Source of the DNA: Botryllus schlosseri
Lineage: Eukaryota
Length of the DNA: 64,000 nt
Assembly: GCA_051294905.1 (NCBI GenBank)
Contig: CM119374.1
Span: 14,136,001 to 14,200,000 of the forward strand
Direction of reading: 5' to 3'
The position numbers and the translations under genes are program-made. The notes beneath the pieces were generated by a model. The model was not told where the DNA came from. It saw only the letters and a program-made list of their open reading frames with translations, and ran no database searches. This document shows positions 27,503 to 38,400 of this stretch, piece after piece. Numbering within the stretch: position 1 is the stretch's first letter; every line of letters starts with the position of its first letter.

Positions 27503-28897
27503 GTTCTAGGGACTGAATATGACTCTTCCAGGACATGTTCGAGTCCAGAAAAACCCCGAGATATTTGGCAATATCTGTGTTGGAAACGGGCTGACCAGCG
27601 ATGTTAATGGTTAGTTTTTTTAAAATTTATTGTCAGCAATTAGGATTTCGAGGCGTTTATGCATAGGTTATTTTGGGCCGTCCACTCATGCACTTTGGGC
27701 ATTTGGTCACTAGACAGGACATCCAGCTCTGCCGGCGAAGATGCGGAAGAGAGTAGGTGAGTAGCGCCTATCATCAGCAAACAGTTGGGTGTTCAATGAG
27801 GAGGCTTCAAAAATGTCGTTGGCATATAAGGTGCTCAAAAAATTTGGTGTCCTAAACATAAATGATATGCGGAAACTAGAAGTTGCCAAGTTTATGTATC
27901 ACTTCCACTGCGGCCACTGCCCCGAACACTTCAATGACTTCTTTACCTCGGTATCAAAAGTGCATAAGTACGACACACGCGCGTCCACGTCGTCCAACTA
28001 TCATATAGTCGACAAAAAGGATCATCGGTCTATCAAATATGCCGGACCTGAAGTGTGGAACAGTATCTCGCCGGCTATGCGACAGTCGTCGAGCAAGTCC
28101 ACATTCAAGTCGAAATACAAGCAATTTCTGCTGAATGATAATACTAGTCAGACCTCACCATTTACCGGACCGCGACCTGACATATTGATCTCGCCTTCCT
28201 TCACTTGCCACCTGATTTTATCGCTTGCCACTTTACATTACCTTCTTTTACTTTCATTCAATGTGCATGCATCCTCTTTACATCGGCTAGGCCCAAGTGG
28301 GTGTCTGATCTCAAGACTACTCCTAGTCGTTTCGGCCTCTTCCTATCATTCATTCTATTGCAGTCTTGTGACGGTTTCAAGTGATGAAATTTTATGAATA
28401 AACTTGAACTTGAAGAGGACCGGTCCAAGTATTTAGCCTTGGGGTAGCCTACATCACAGGTTACCAGGTGAGGTGAGGACAATGTGTTTGAGATTGCAAC
28501 CATTTGTTGGCGTCCAGTGAGGTAACTTTTCATGAGCTCAAGTTGTGGGCCCCGAAATCCGTAATGCACCGATTTCGAGATGAGGATTTTATGATCTACG
28601 CAGTCAAACGCTTTTTTTAGATCGAGAAAAATGCTACATCCCACATCTCGCTTCTCTGAGATATCATAAATACTGTTCAGTGTTCAGCCACTGCGTGAGG
28701 TTTGGTGTTCGTTTCGGAAGATAAATTATTGAGGGGGAATGACAGACATTTTGGCGAGGAATGAGTATAGGCAGGAGAGGAGCAACTTTTCGAATACAAC
28801 CCCGATGCACGGGAGAACAGATATCGGACGATAGTTGGTGACATTAGTTCTATCCCCAGCTTTGTGTAGGGATCGACTTCTCTGGCTGTTTATATAT
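27503..28897 (-). mobile_element. Degraded LINE reverse-transcriptase region (continues at 34041-34105 on the far side of the LTR element)
   Basis: Minus-strand motifs in order: HKAGDRTNVTNYRPISVL, FLDLKKAFDCVDHKIL, frameshifted GVPQGSILGPVLF, NDIFEASSLNTQLFADD, KYLG. 34105-34041 gives ISAPFIYI...YP, the segment expected just before K.A.VIP. Confidence 0.85.
27826..28414 (+). mobile_element. 5'-truncated LINE copy inserted antisense into the LINE RT region
   Basis: Homologous to 25765-26290 (FGVLNINDMRKLEVAKFMY...KYDTRAS); ends AATAAACTTGAACTTGAA; interrupts the host between GPVLF and ND..QLFADD. Confidence 0.85.
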
Positions 28898-29234
28898 TGC
28901 GGTGAAAGGAGCTGTCTGTCCGATATTCTGCGATGGTATATACCGCAAGTCCGTATGTCATGGATAGCGGCTTACAATATCCTTATCTGGCAGTAGCGGA
29001 TACGAACGACGTCCTGCGTGTAGCTCTTTGACTGGCAGTTCAATAGACGACAATTGCCTTTTCCATATGTATTGGACGGATGGTTACTTCAAGCAGTAGG
29101 TTATACGGCGTACGTTGAGTCTCATATCAAAAAGGGACTAATATGCGATATGCGCTCGGTTATAACTATGCGATAAGTCACGTGATGTAGTATTTCTCCA
29201 TACCGATAGGATAGAGGGAGCTAGAGCTTCCACA
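28898..29234 (-). repeat. 3' LTR
   Basis: TGCGGTGAAAGG...GAGCTTCCACA; purine-biased AGATGGGACAG directly inside on the minus strand (weak PPT). Confidence 0.93.
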
Positions 29235-31603
29235 CTGTCCCATCTAAAAGGGAGTGATAGCGATAATCAAATCGTATAGGTTACTAAATGTAACAGGGGA
29301 TGCAAGTACAAAATGAAATAATCGCAATACAGTAAATACATGATGCGCGGGTTGATTGTAGCAGATGGTTATCATGTGAGGTCAAATCCCGTGGTCTGGG
29401 ATACAATTGCATAACTACATGATGGTTGGAAAAGGCAACAAAAAAAAGTTTTTTTTTGGTGTTTTATTTAAATGAGAAAAGAAAAAGGTAAGGGCAAGGG
29501 AAGCGAGTGGCGGAGATCAACAAGGGATTAGAAGTTGCCGCCAACCGATGTAATATAGGGCACTACCGCCGCACTTAATTCATAATCGACTGAGACGAAT
29601 GGATAATTAGTGTGGGAAGGATGTGGTGACCCTATTTACGAACGAAAAATAGAGCAACCAGATGTGTGTTATTGTGAACCACCAACGTTCTAATTTCCAT
29701 AACCGCTGGGAGTTAATAATCGAATAAAGCTTAAGGGAGCGGCGGTAAGTGTTGATGCGATGGGAGAAAAATTGTAAAAAGCGATGGGAAATATCCAGGC
29801 AGAACAAAGACATGCTGCGAAATGGTTGCGAGAAACGTCTGTTAATCAAAATTCCATTCGAATGTGCCGCCATAATCAGTCAAGCACGCAAAATGTGCTT
29901 TCCACGTGGAATGGACGAAAATAAAAATATCTCAACGTGGTGGGGTCGCGAGGATGCCGGGTTGTACCAATGTCAATGCTCATCGTAATATTTCATAACA
30001 CCGCCGATGGCGGGAACCTGCCTGCAGGAACTGCTCAGATGCCTTTTCACGACCCTCGATCGGAGGTGGTCGATTTTCGTTAAACGCGAAAACCGTCGCG
30101 GAAGCCGTAATAATCTTCTGGTACGAAACGCATTCGTAGCCAGCGCGCGATCGGCTATAGGACGCAATCGGTGTAGCGTTCCAATTCGAAGTGATGATGC
30201 AGTTTCTGGTATCGGCAGCAGGTGAAAGTTCGTATGAGCGTGTCCGGCATCCGGTAATCTAGCGCGACTCTCGGTGGGGCGGCACGAATGTCGGGTACGA
30301 GTTTCTGGAATTGTAAGACAAGCCGGCAGCAGTCGCAAATTGGATACTAACAACAGGCGAGCAAAATAAAATGTTAAACACACTGGTAGCAATCAAACGT
30401 ATACACAAAATTGCGAAATGCACATATGGCAAGCAGCGAAGCAGATTGCGGATCAGCTCTGTAGGTGGAATCCTAGCACCTCTAGATGTTGCAATTACTT
30501 CTACTTGTAGTAGTGACGTCATGCACACGACGCAGATTAAAAATGAAAACCAAACGGGTCAACAAGGCATGTCGAAACACGTGCATTGTGCTGGCGAACT
30601 AAATCGAGTATCGATATCAAATCGCCATGTCGACGCGGGCTAATCAATAACTCGGTCCGCTAACGAATCGAAAGATTAGGAATAACAAATAAGTAATAAT
30701 CACAGCACGCACACCTAACATATCGCAAATGTAAACGTGCGCCCAGCTACTTTCGTGTGCTTCGAAGGCTGATTAATAATAATAATAATGGCGTATCGAC
30801 CGGTGGAATACGCCTTAACGGTGTTCTAGGTATAATTTGCCTAAACGCTGGATAATTATTTTATCCAAAAACCGTATGATAATGTCCGGTCAGTGGATCA
30901 TTTCGAGAAAATGGCGCACGGGCGAGACGCGAGTCGGCGGAACTCTACTTCTGCTTCGTTATGCAATCGTGAAAGTAAATAGTATGAGTTTAAACTGGGG
31001 GTTGCAAATCATAAATTCCATGCGCATTAGAATTGCTGAATCGCGCACCAGCAGTCCCCATATCTAAAAACGGTTTGGCGAGATATCAAAGCCAGTACAA
31101 GGAAAATTACTTGGAAGCATAAGTTCCTCGTGCTCACGGCATTACATATACGACCCGGGAGCGAAAGCGAAGACCTACAGACCCCGTACTTCAACCGTAC
31201 CCCAAATTCACAAGTTCCCCAAGTATAGCTGTAATGGGCATAGGTGATGTTAAGAGAATCGTGAGTATACAAAAATGTTTCACGGATATCTGTGACCAGA
31301 TATCAGTAGTCATGCACTAAAATTGCATGGCGACCATATCTGCACAATGAAAAATCAAGCAAGGTAGTCTAATAATGAATATAGACTTAGAACAAAAGAT
31401 GAAACAAAACCGAGACTACGCTATTGTCATCAAGACAATGGCGAAGTCATTGAGGCAAAATTGATATGAAATGTGCAGCTAGTTTTCTGCGAAAATTAAT
31501 GACAGGTCATAATCTTGCAAATTCCGAGGCGCCGTCAAGCGTCGTCCCAGAAGTCGAAATTTTGTGTACAACAGTCATCATTAGTTTTTTTTAGGTAACA
31601 CGT

Positions 31604-32251
31604 TTAGTACAATAGCGTAAGGCGAATCGACAGATTAAACGATCCAACAGATGACGCGTGATGTGTTAACTGTATATTAAATTCTAATTCATGCGGTCTG
31701 TCGAGTTCAGAATCAAAAAGTGATTGGTAGCGTGACAGCAGTGGTGCGATGCGGTCATTTGTACAATATGATGTCACGTTAGATACCAAACCTGCCTTCT
31801 GAACGTTCGAAACGGCTGAGATCGTTATTTGATTGTGCTCATCCCTAATCGTGCGCTCGCGCATGTTTACAGTCCAACCAAAATGGCGAAGGAAGTCCGC
31901 GCCAATTATGCAATAGGGCAGCGATGCGATCTCAAAACTGAACGTATATTCGACCGAAGAACCGAATGACAGCGTCAATTGCGATTGGCCATAGCCGAGA
32001 AGTATCGTGTCATTTGGACAACGGAACGCGACCGTCGGACTACCCAATGAATCCGTCAGGGCTTTCATGAAGCTCTTTTCACTTCCCGAGTCAATTAAAA
32101 ATACATGTTTACTTCCGTAGTCAAAAACAAACAGCAAATGCGAGGCATTAGGTGGGTGAATCAAATTGATATCATAAATTACAAGACTAACGTCGCATTG
32201 ATTCACCTGGACCCCAAAAAAGGTTCCTGCTGGTTGACCGTTGGGTTTGCT
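31604..32251 (-). pseudogene. Truncated pol: retroviral-type aspartic protease only
   Basis: LFVFDYGSKHVFLIDSGSEKSF (DSG active site), FEIASLPYCIIGADFLRHF, then LLSRYQSLF..H.LEFNIQL and a stop where RT should begin; in the -1 frame relative to gag. Confidence 0.85.
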
Positions 32252-32268
32252 TTACAAAAATCAGGCCA

Positions 32269-33435
32269 CTAGCAAGCTTCTGGAACACCACACCTTTTAG
32301 CCTTATGGGCATATTTCGCATGATACCAACAAAGTTTAAAGCCGCTTTTATCAAAGAGTTTTGGCTTTTTGTCAGCAGAAGATGTTCTAGGTTTTTGGTT
32401 AGCAGCCTGCAATTCTTTGATCTGAGCTGCTAAATCGGCAACAAGCTTTTCCAATTTAGATTCGCCGGCCGCGTTAGTCGCGGCTTCTGTGTGAACAGCG
32501 TTGACTGAAGGCATCACGTGTTGGAAAGAATTATCGGCGGCTTTAGCGTCTGAAATCAATGTGGCCATTCGTACTAGTTCGCTCATGGAAGCGGATTCGC
32601 AATGCATTAGCAGAGAGTATCGTAAGTAATCGGGCAATATACTGAGGAAAATACGTTTCATTTGACCAACCGGGCGATGCGCCGGTGCTACAGAACTGTA
32701 AAAGTTGACTACCGCGGCGTGAGCTTGCAACGGCGATAAAAGGCCTTTTTGTTCATAAAGCGTGCGAATATCTTGACCCCCCATATCAATGCTCTTTTGA
32801 AAAGCTTTTAAAAGCGCGGATTTCACGATGTCAAAGGCATCCGGTAACCAGGGATCAGTATCGTCTACTTCAGCAACCGACATACGCACATCGATCGGCG
32901 TAACACTCGCTAGAAATGTACAGCGCGCGTACTGTGATGTAATTTTGAAATTTTCAAACAATCTATTCAAATTAATGAAGTATAAAGCGGGCGCGTTTCG
33001 ATCAAAAGATGCATCTTTAAACGAACTAATAGCGCGTCCAGCTTCCTCAATACACATGTCACGATATTCGTTTGTCAAGCCGAATGAGCGAATTTGCCGG
33101 TTCTCGCGTGGGCGAGAAGCGTATTGATGGTGTGGTTCAACAACTAAATTCATGCGAACCGGATCACGGGTAGGCGGTGCATTCCGGGGAATCTCACTAC
33201 TCGCGCCCCGGGATACCTCATCATTATCCTCGGCGTCCGTCTGAGTGACAGGCCCGTTAATTTCGGTAGTTATGACATCGACATTTTGATTTTCACGAAG
33301 TAGGCCTATGTTAACTTGAACATTATCATCGGATAGGCCGGATCCAGTAGCAGGTTCATCCCTGCGGTTTCTAAGATCGTAATTATGCAATTTATTTTGA
33401 GCTTCACTTGCGTCTGTTTCGCCGCCGGTTGCCAT
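32269..33435 (-). CDS. Retrotransposon Gag (388 aa from the first ATG)
   Basis: Gypsy capsid-like block FDRNAPALYFINLNRLFENFKITSQ...DAFDIVKSALLKAF; C-terminal CWYHAKYAHKAKRC...C (CHCC-type knuckle). Confidence 0.85.
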   Translation of the reverse strand: MATGGETDASEAQNKLHNYDLRNRRDEPATGSGLSDDNVQVNIGLLRENQNVDVITTEINGPVTQTDAEDNDEVSRGASSEIPRNAPPTRDPVRMNLVVEPHHQYASRPRENRQIRSFGLTNEYRDMCIEEAGRAISSFKDASFDRNAPALYFINLNRLFENFKITSQYARCTFLASVTPIDVRMSVAEVDDTDPWLPDAFDIVKSALLKAFQKSIDMGGQDIRTLYEQKGLLSPLQAHAAVVNFYSSVAPAHRPVGQMKRIFLSILPDYLRYSLLMHCESASMSELVRMATLISDAKAADNSFQHVMPSVNAVHTEAATNAAGESKLEKLVADLAAQIKELQAANQKPRTSSADKKPKLFDKSGFKLCWYHAKYAHKAKRCGVPEAC

Positions 33436-33703
33436 ATTTATATATATCGTAATAAATGTACGAAAATGGTAATTGGCAAAAGCGCGGAATAAATAACACG
33501 GAAAATTAAACTGAAAGGTATGTGCGAACTGCTGACCGACAAACAATTCCAGAAATGGTATAGAAGGGTAAATACCGGATGTGTCTTGCAGTCCTGGTGT
33601 TCTCAGTGAGTTTCCGTATCGTCGCAGGTGAGTATTAACGGTCCGTTGATGGAGTAGCGAAGAGTCTTTTCGTTTGAACTAAGTCATTCACTCGTGGGCA
33701 TCA

Positions 33704-34040
33704 TGCGGTGAAAGGAGCTGTCTGTCCGATATTCTGCGATGGTATATACCGCAAGTCCGTATGTCATGGATAGCGGCTTACAATATCCTTATCTGGCAGT
33801 AGCGGATACGAACGACGTCCTGCGTGTAGCTCTTTGACTGGCAGTTCAATAGACGACAATTGCCTTTTCCATATGTATTGGACGGATGGTTACTTCAAGC
33901 AGTAGGTTATACGGCGTACGTTGAGTCTCATATCAAAAAGGGACTAATATGCGATATGCGCTCGGTTATAACTATGCGATAAGTCACGTGATGTAGTATT
34001 TCTCCATACCGATAGGATAGAGGGAGCTAGAGCTTCCACA
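33704..34040 (-). repeat. 5' LTR
   Basis: Same 337-bp sequence; followed on the minus strand by TGATGCCCACGAGTG, a non-canonical PBS that could not be assigned to a tRNA. Confidence 0.93.
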
Positions 34041-35420
34041 ATATATAGGCACGGATATGAACAGCTGACAATTGAACATATATATATGAACGGCGCCGAA
34101 ATTCCTATTCCTATATATTAAAATCAAACCAAATCAATATTTTACTATAGGAGATGGGGTAGGCTAGTCAGTACTCATATTAAAATCAAGTCATGTAGAC
34201 CTGCGTAGGGCGAAATTAAATCGATCCAAACGCGAAGAATAATTTCAAGTTTATTGAATCCAACGAAAGTACTCAATGAATTTTTGTTTATTTTCGTAAT
34301 AATTTTTGGCCCCATTCGAGCTGGCCCCCCAATTGAGGATGCTTCAAAGATTTAGAAGGCACGCAATTTTATTCATCTTGAGCTATTATGTTGATACCAC
34401 ACGGCAAGACTATTCGTGAGTTTCTGGAGGGTGAGCGTTGGGCGGGCCACATGTAATTACTTACTTGAAGCATGCTGTTTATTCGTGACCTCCGGAAAAA
34501 GTTGTCGCCACTCAAAAGATCACTCATACATACTACAATTAAAAGAGAAATTTGGTCTTTGGTGAGATGCGCACGATCCAGAAACAGGGTTTCGCACAGT
34601 CTGCCAAAGTTTTTTCAAATACCATCTCCTCAAGCTGACTTCTTGACTTTAGCGATGTTCCAAGCAATTTTGAACTATGCCTAAGTGTGTTGTCAGCAAT
34701 TTTAACGATGCCTCGAAATATGGATTGCCGAAATATAACAACGCTTTTTTCATAAGAGGTGGATATGTATTTTCGAACTCAGGATGAAACTGTCGATGTC
34801 ATTTGGAACTTCCTCAATTTGTTACTATGTCCATTCTTCGACAAATAAGACGCGTCGGTTTCCATATATCTCTGCGAAAGCTAATTCATTGTTCCGCACT
34901 GAGATGAAAACTCAGTTTTGCAGGTTTAATTTTCCTTGCCTAGTTGCGATCTAATCAAGTCAGTGGTGGTGACTGTAACACTGTCTTTAAAAGTCTTCTA
35001 CCCCGCGGGATTCTCTTAAACCAGAGTCCAGGCGAATAGCGATTATCAGATTTGTACCAATTTCAACTAGAGCATATCAAGAAACCAGTATGAGTCATCA
35101 ATAAGCAGAACAGAGACGATGCTATGAGAGAACGTTGCTAAACTAATATACGTAACAATACCATATCTGTAGTAATTGCTTTCATATTAGAAGATGTCGC
35201 ATGATTCAGTCTGCAAAAATAATGAACCCTCGATGAAATATCACAACGTCCAGCACGTGCTATCACGTTGATGAGTCTCAAATCAAATAAATTACTCGAC
35301 AGTAATAGTCCTTTGTATTTGTAATGATGAAAGATTATTATCAGAAATGATTTCAGCACAGTATTAAAAGATTTCCTACAATTGCACACTTGATGAAAAC
35401 AAATTCATGTACTAGAATTA

Positions 35421-38400
35421 CTATTTGGAAGAGAATCGCATCAAGGCATTAATAAAGTCTATCGAGGTCCATCTTTCAAGCAGGCGCTCGCATTCTTTCT
35501 TGTTGACGTCGAGAAGAACATCTCGCTCGGGACCTCTCATCAGATTTTTCGTGTACAGAAGAGACTAAAATAAAACGCATTCTTTATAACACATTACATG
35601 CGATAAGGGTTGTCAAGGATTAAAATTAAACAGGTAAATAAGTCGGCCATTGACATGGTTTAGTATTTCGTTACTAACCCCCACTGTTAACCTTAGCCAA
35701 AGATAGCCAATAAACAGGAAATAATGTTCGTGAATTGCATCGCAACAGAACTGAACGCATACCTTGAACGGAAGACTCAGCATGTTTTGAATCTCTCTAT
35801 CCACACTTTCCTGAAATGTTGATGCCGAAAATACCTTCGAGATCAGAGTGCCCTCTAGCTCCTGAGCGGTAAACTTTCGACCGAAGCAAAGCATATCAGC
35901 AGCCTAAGCAAAATTGTGTCAATGTAAAATTTCTTCTATTGCCGCTACTTCTGATTAGAGCCGGGCACAAAATTTTGCCCCCCACGTATGTAAATTTTTC
36001 GGACATAATGTTGTACTACTTATCTTCATTTCTGGTTGGAATTGTCGGTCCTTATGAAGTAGTTTGTCCTTAAAAACTTTTGACATCAAAACTGACAAAT
36101 TTTTACATGAAAACCGAAATATGGACCTATGAAGAATTCCAGTAGTCACATCAGGCATTATGGTAGAAATAATTAAAATTTGTTGTAATACAACGAAAGA
36201 TCCTTTCCCTCATTCTCAGGTAGAAAGTGTCCGTCCTTACTAAGTATAGCTTGCCAAGAATGGAGAAAGAACGTTCAACAGCAGAAGTTGTTGACTGACA
36301 ACACTGAAGTTGTGCGTACACTGCTGGTGACACACAGTGTTGCTTCAATCTGACAATGTTCTCTACATCACAATATTTTGTCATGCGCTTCTTGATATAT
36401 GAACCAATGCCCACGCAGTCTTGCTTCAGTTAGGTACAACCGTTTATGATTCACAATGAGCAATTGAGCATACAATGGGTCGTCGTCTACAATGGTAGGC
36501 CTATAAAGTAGGCTGCAAACTGAAATATGTCAAATGATTATCACGGACAGTGCAAACATCTACGAGACAAACGAAATGCAGGTTGCAGGTTGCAAAAAAT
36601 TTTGACTTTGTAAACAACTTTGACAATTTCTTGACCTAACGCTACAATTTTGACAAAATTTTGACTACCGGCACTGGAATTCGTCACAGGTCCAGATTTC
36701 GTTAAAAAAAAGTTTTTTCATGTAGATATATGTCAGTTTTTAAGTCAAAAAGTTTTTCCAGGCCAAACTACTCCGTAAGGACACACAGTTCCAACCAGAA
36801 ACGAAGATAAGTAGTACAATTTTAATATTATGTGCGAAAAAGCCTAATTTACATGAGGGCAAAATTTTGCCAAAGTCAAGTTTTTGAATGTAAGAAAAAC
36901 CATCAAAATTTCTATTTTTAGGTCAAATTCTTCTGTTTTTAGGCAAAAAATCGCCCTACTTATTACTTGACTTGGCATAGAATCATCCGGCAAATCGATT
37001 TTGCCCAGCACTATTCCTGACCCTATTCCATACCCGAGCATGACCGAGTAGTTTCGGAAAGGTGTAAGACGCACAGCCTTCCGGAGCTTGACCCGTTTTG
37101 ACAAACGGAGTCATAAACGTGGCAGCTTCGCTCGCGTAAACCGCATCGAACAGCCCCAACGTGGTCACGGTTATTCCCACAGCCGGCCCGTTGACGGCGG
37201 CGACCATGATCTTCGGAAAGCGGATGAACGAGGCGATAAAGTTCCTGCATGGTTCAAAAGAATAACAATTTAGACACAGCTAGCTAGCAGAGGTGGTCCG
37301 TTACAAAGGAGAGTTGGACGACTAGATAATTCTCAGATTTTTCAAATTGGAATTAGAATTAAATATACAGTTTTTTTCCCTGGCTGACTGGGATTAGAAT
37401 TATGGTTACAGTTTTTGGCAAATTAGATTAGAATTAGAATCATATCTACTGTTTTTCCCGGCAGACTAGAACTACAATTATAGTTACACAGTTTTTGCCA
37501 AAGTAGATTAGAATTAGAATTTTAGTTACACAGTTTTTGCCAAATTAGATTAGAAGTAGAATTATAGCTACACAGTTTTTTCCAAATTAGATTAGAACAA
37601 TAATTACATCTACAGTTTTTTTTTTCCGGGCAGACTGGAATTAGAATTATAGATGCACAGTTTTTGCCCAATTAGATTGGGATTAGAATTATAGCTACGT
37701 AGTTTTGTCCTGATTACATGAGAATAAGCGAATTCGCGAAAACTTGGAGCTTCAACCAAGATCAGCTCATATCAAACCAGAGTTCACACTTATATGCACG
37801 AGAATGGTGAACGTCTGTACTGTACAGCAAGCTTGGCTCGTATCGCGCTGTTCGAATTAAAATCAGACAGAAGAAGCATTTCGCAATTTAGATTAGCATT
37901 AGAGCAAGGAACGTGTCATAAATTAGATTGAAACTCGATTACCGGCATTTCACTCTAACAAGTTCAATTGGACAACAAGAATTATCATCTTGTCCAAGTC
38001 TGTAACAAAAGTTTTGCCTAGTTACAATACTTGAGCGGTGACAACTTTACACTACTTAAGCTTGAAATTGTCATAGAGCCGTGCGAATAGCCCCTGTGTC
38101 ACGGTAACTGAAGATGGCTTTTGCCTGTGTGTAGCGACGTAGTGTGGTTATGGTAGGTCAGTTTGCATTAGTCGCGAAGACACATCGTCCAATTTCGGAA
38201 ATGGTCACTTCTGATTAACCGCTAAAAGTATGCAATACCTCTAACAAACCTACTTTTTTAAGCTACTGACTTGAACAGTTCTGAGACCATTCATTTTCTA
38301 CTTCGACTTAAAGTCGGGTTGCCATACGTCCGGAATTTCGAAGGCTTGAAGTAGGCTAAATCTTTTCGTAAATCAACATAAACCATATTATTTTTAGGCA

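Larger units (their letters stand above)
28898..34040 (-). mobile_element. Non-autonomous Ty3/gypsy LTR retrotransposon (LTR-gag-protease-deleted pol-LTR), CsRn1/Kabuki-like
   Basis: Two 337-bp direct repeats with TG...CA ends (28898-29234, 33704-34040), identical by eye; ATAT duplication on both flanks; gag and DSG protease inside; no RT/RNase H/integrase core found. Confidence 0.93.

Noticed and set aside
27503-28414. Twin-priming 5' inversion of a single LINE
   Set aside because: The minus-strand RT motifs continue on both sides of the plus-strand piece (GPVLF ... ND..FADD), so a nested antisense insertion explains it better.
33685-33703. Assignment of a primer-binding site to a specific tRNA
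   Set aside because: It begins TGA rather than TGG and only loosely resembles Lys/Met tRNA 3' ends; cannot be assigned without the tRNA set.
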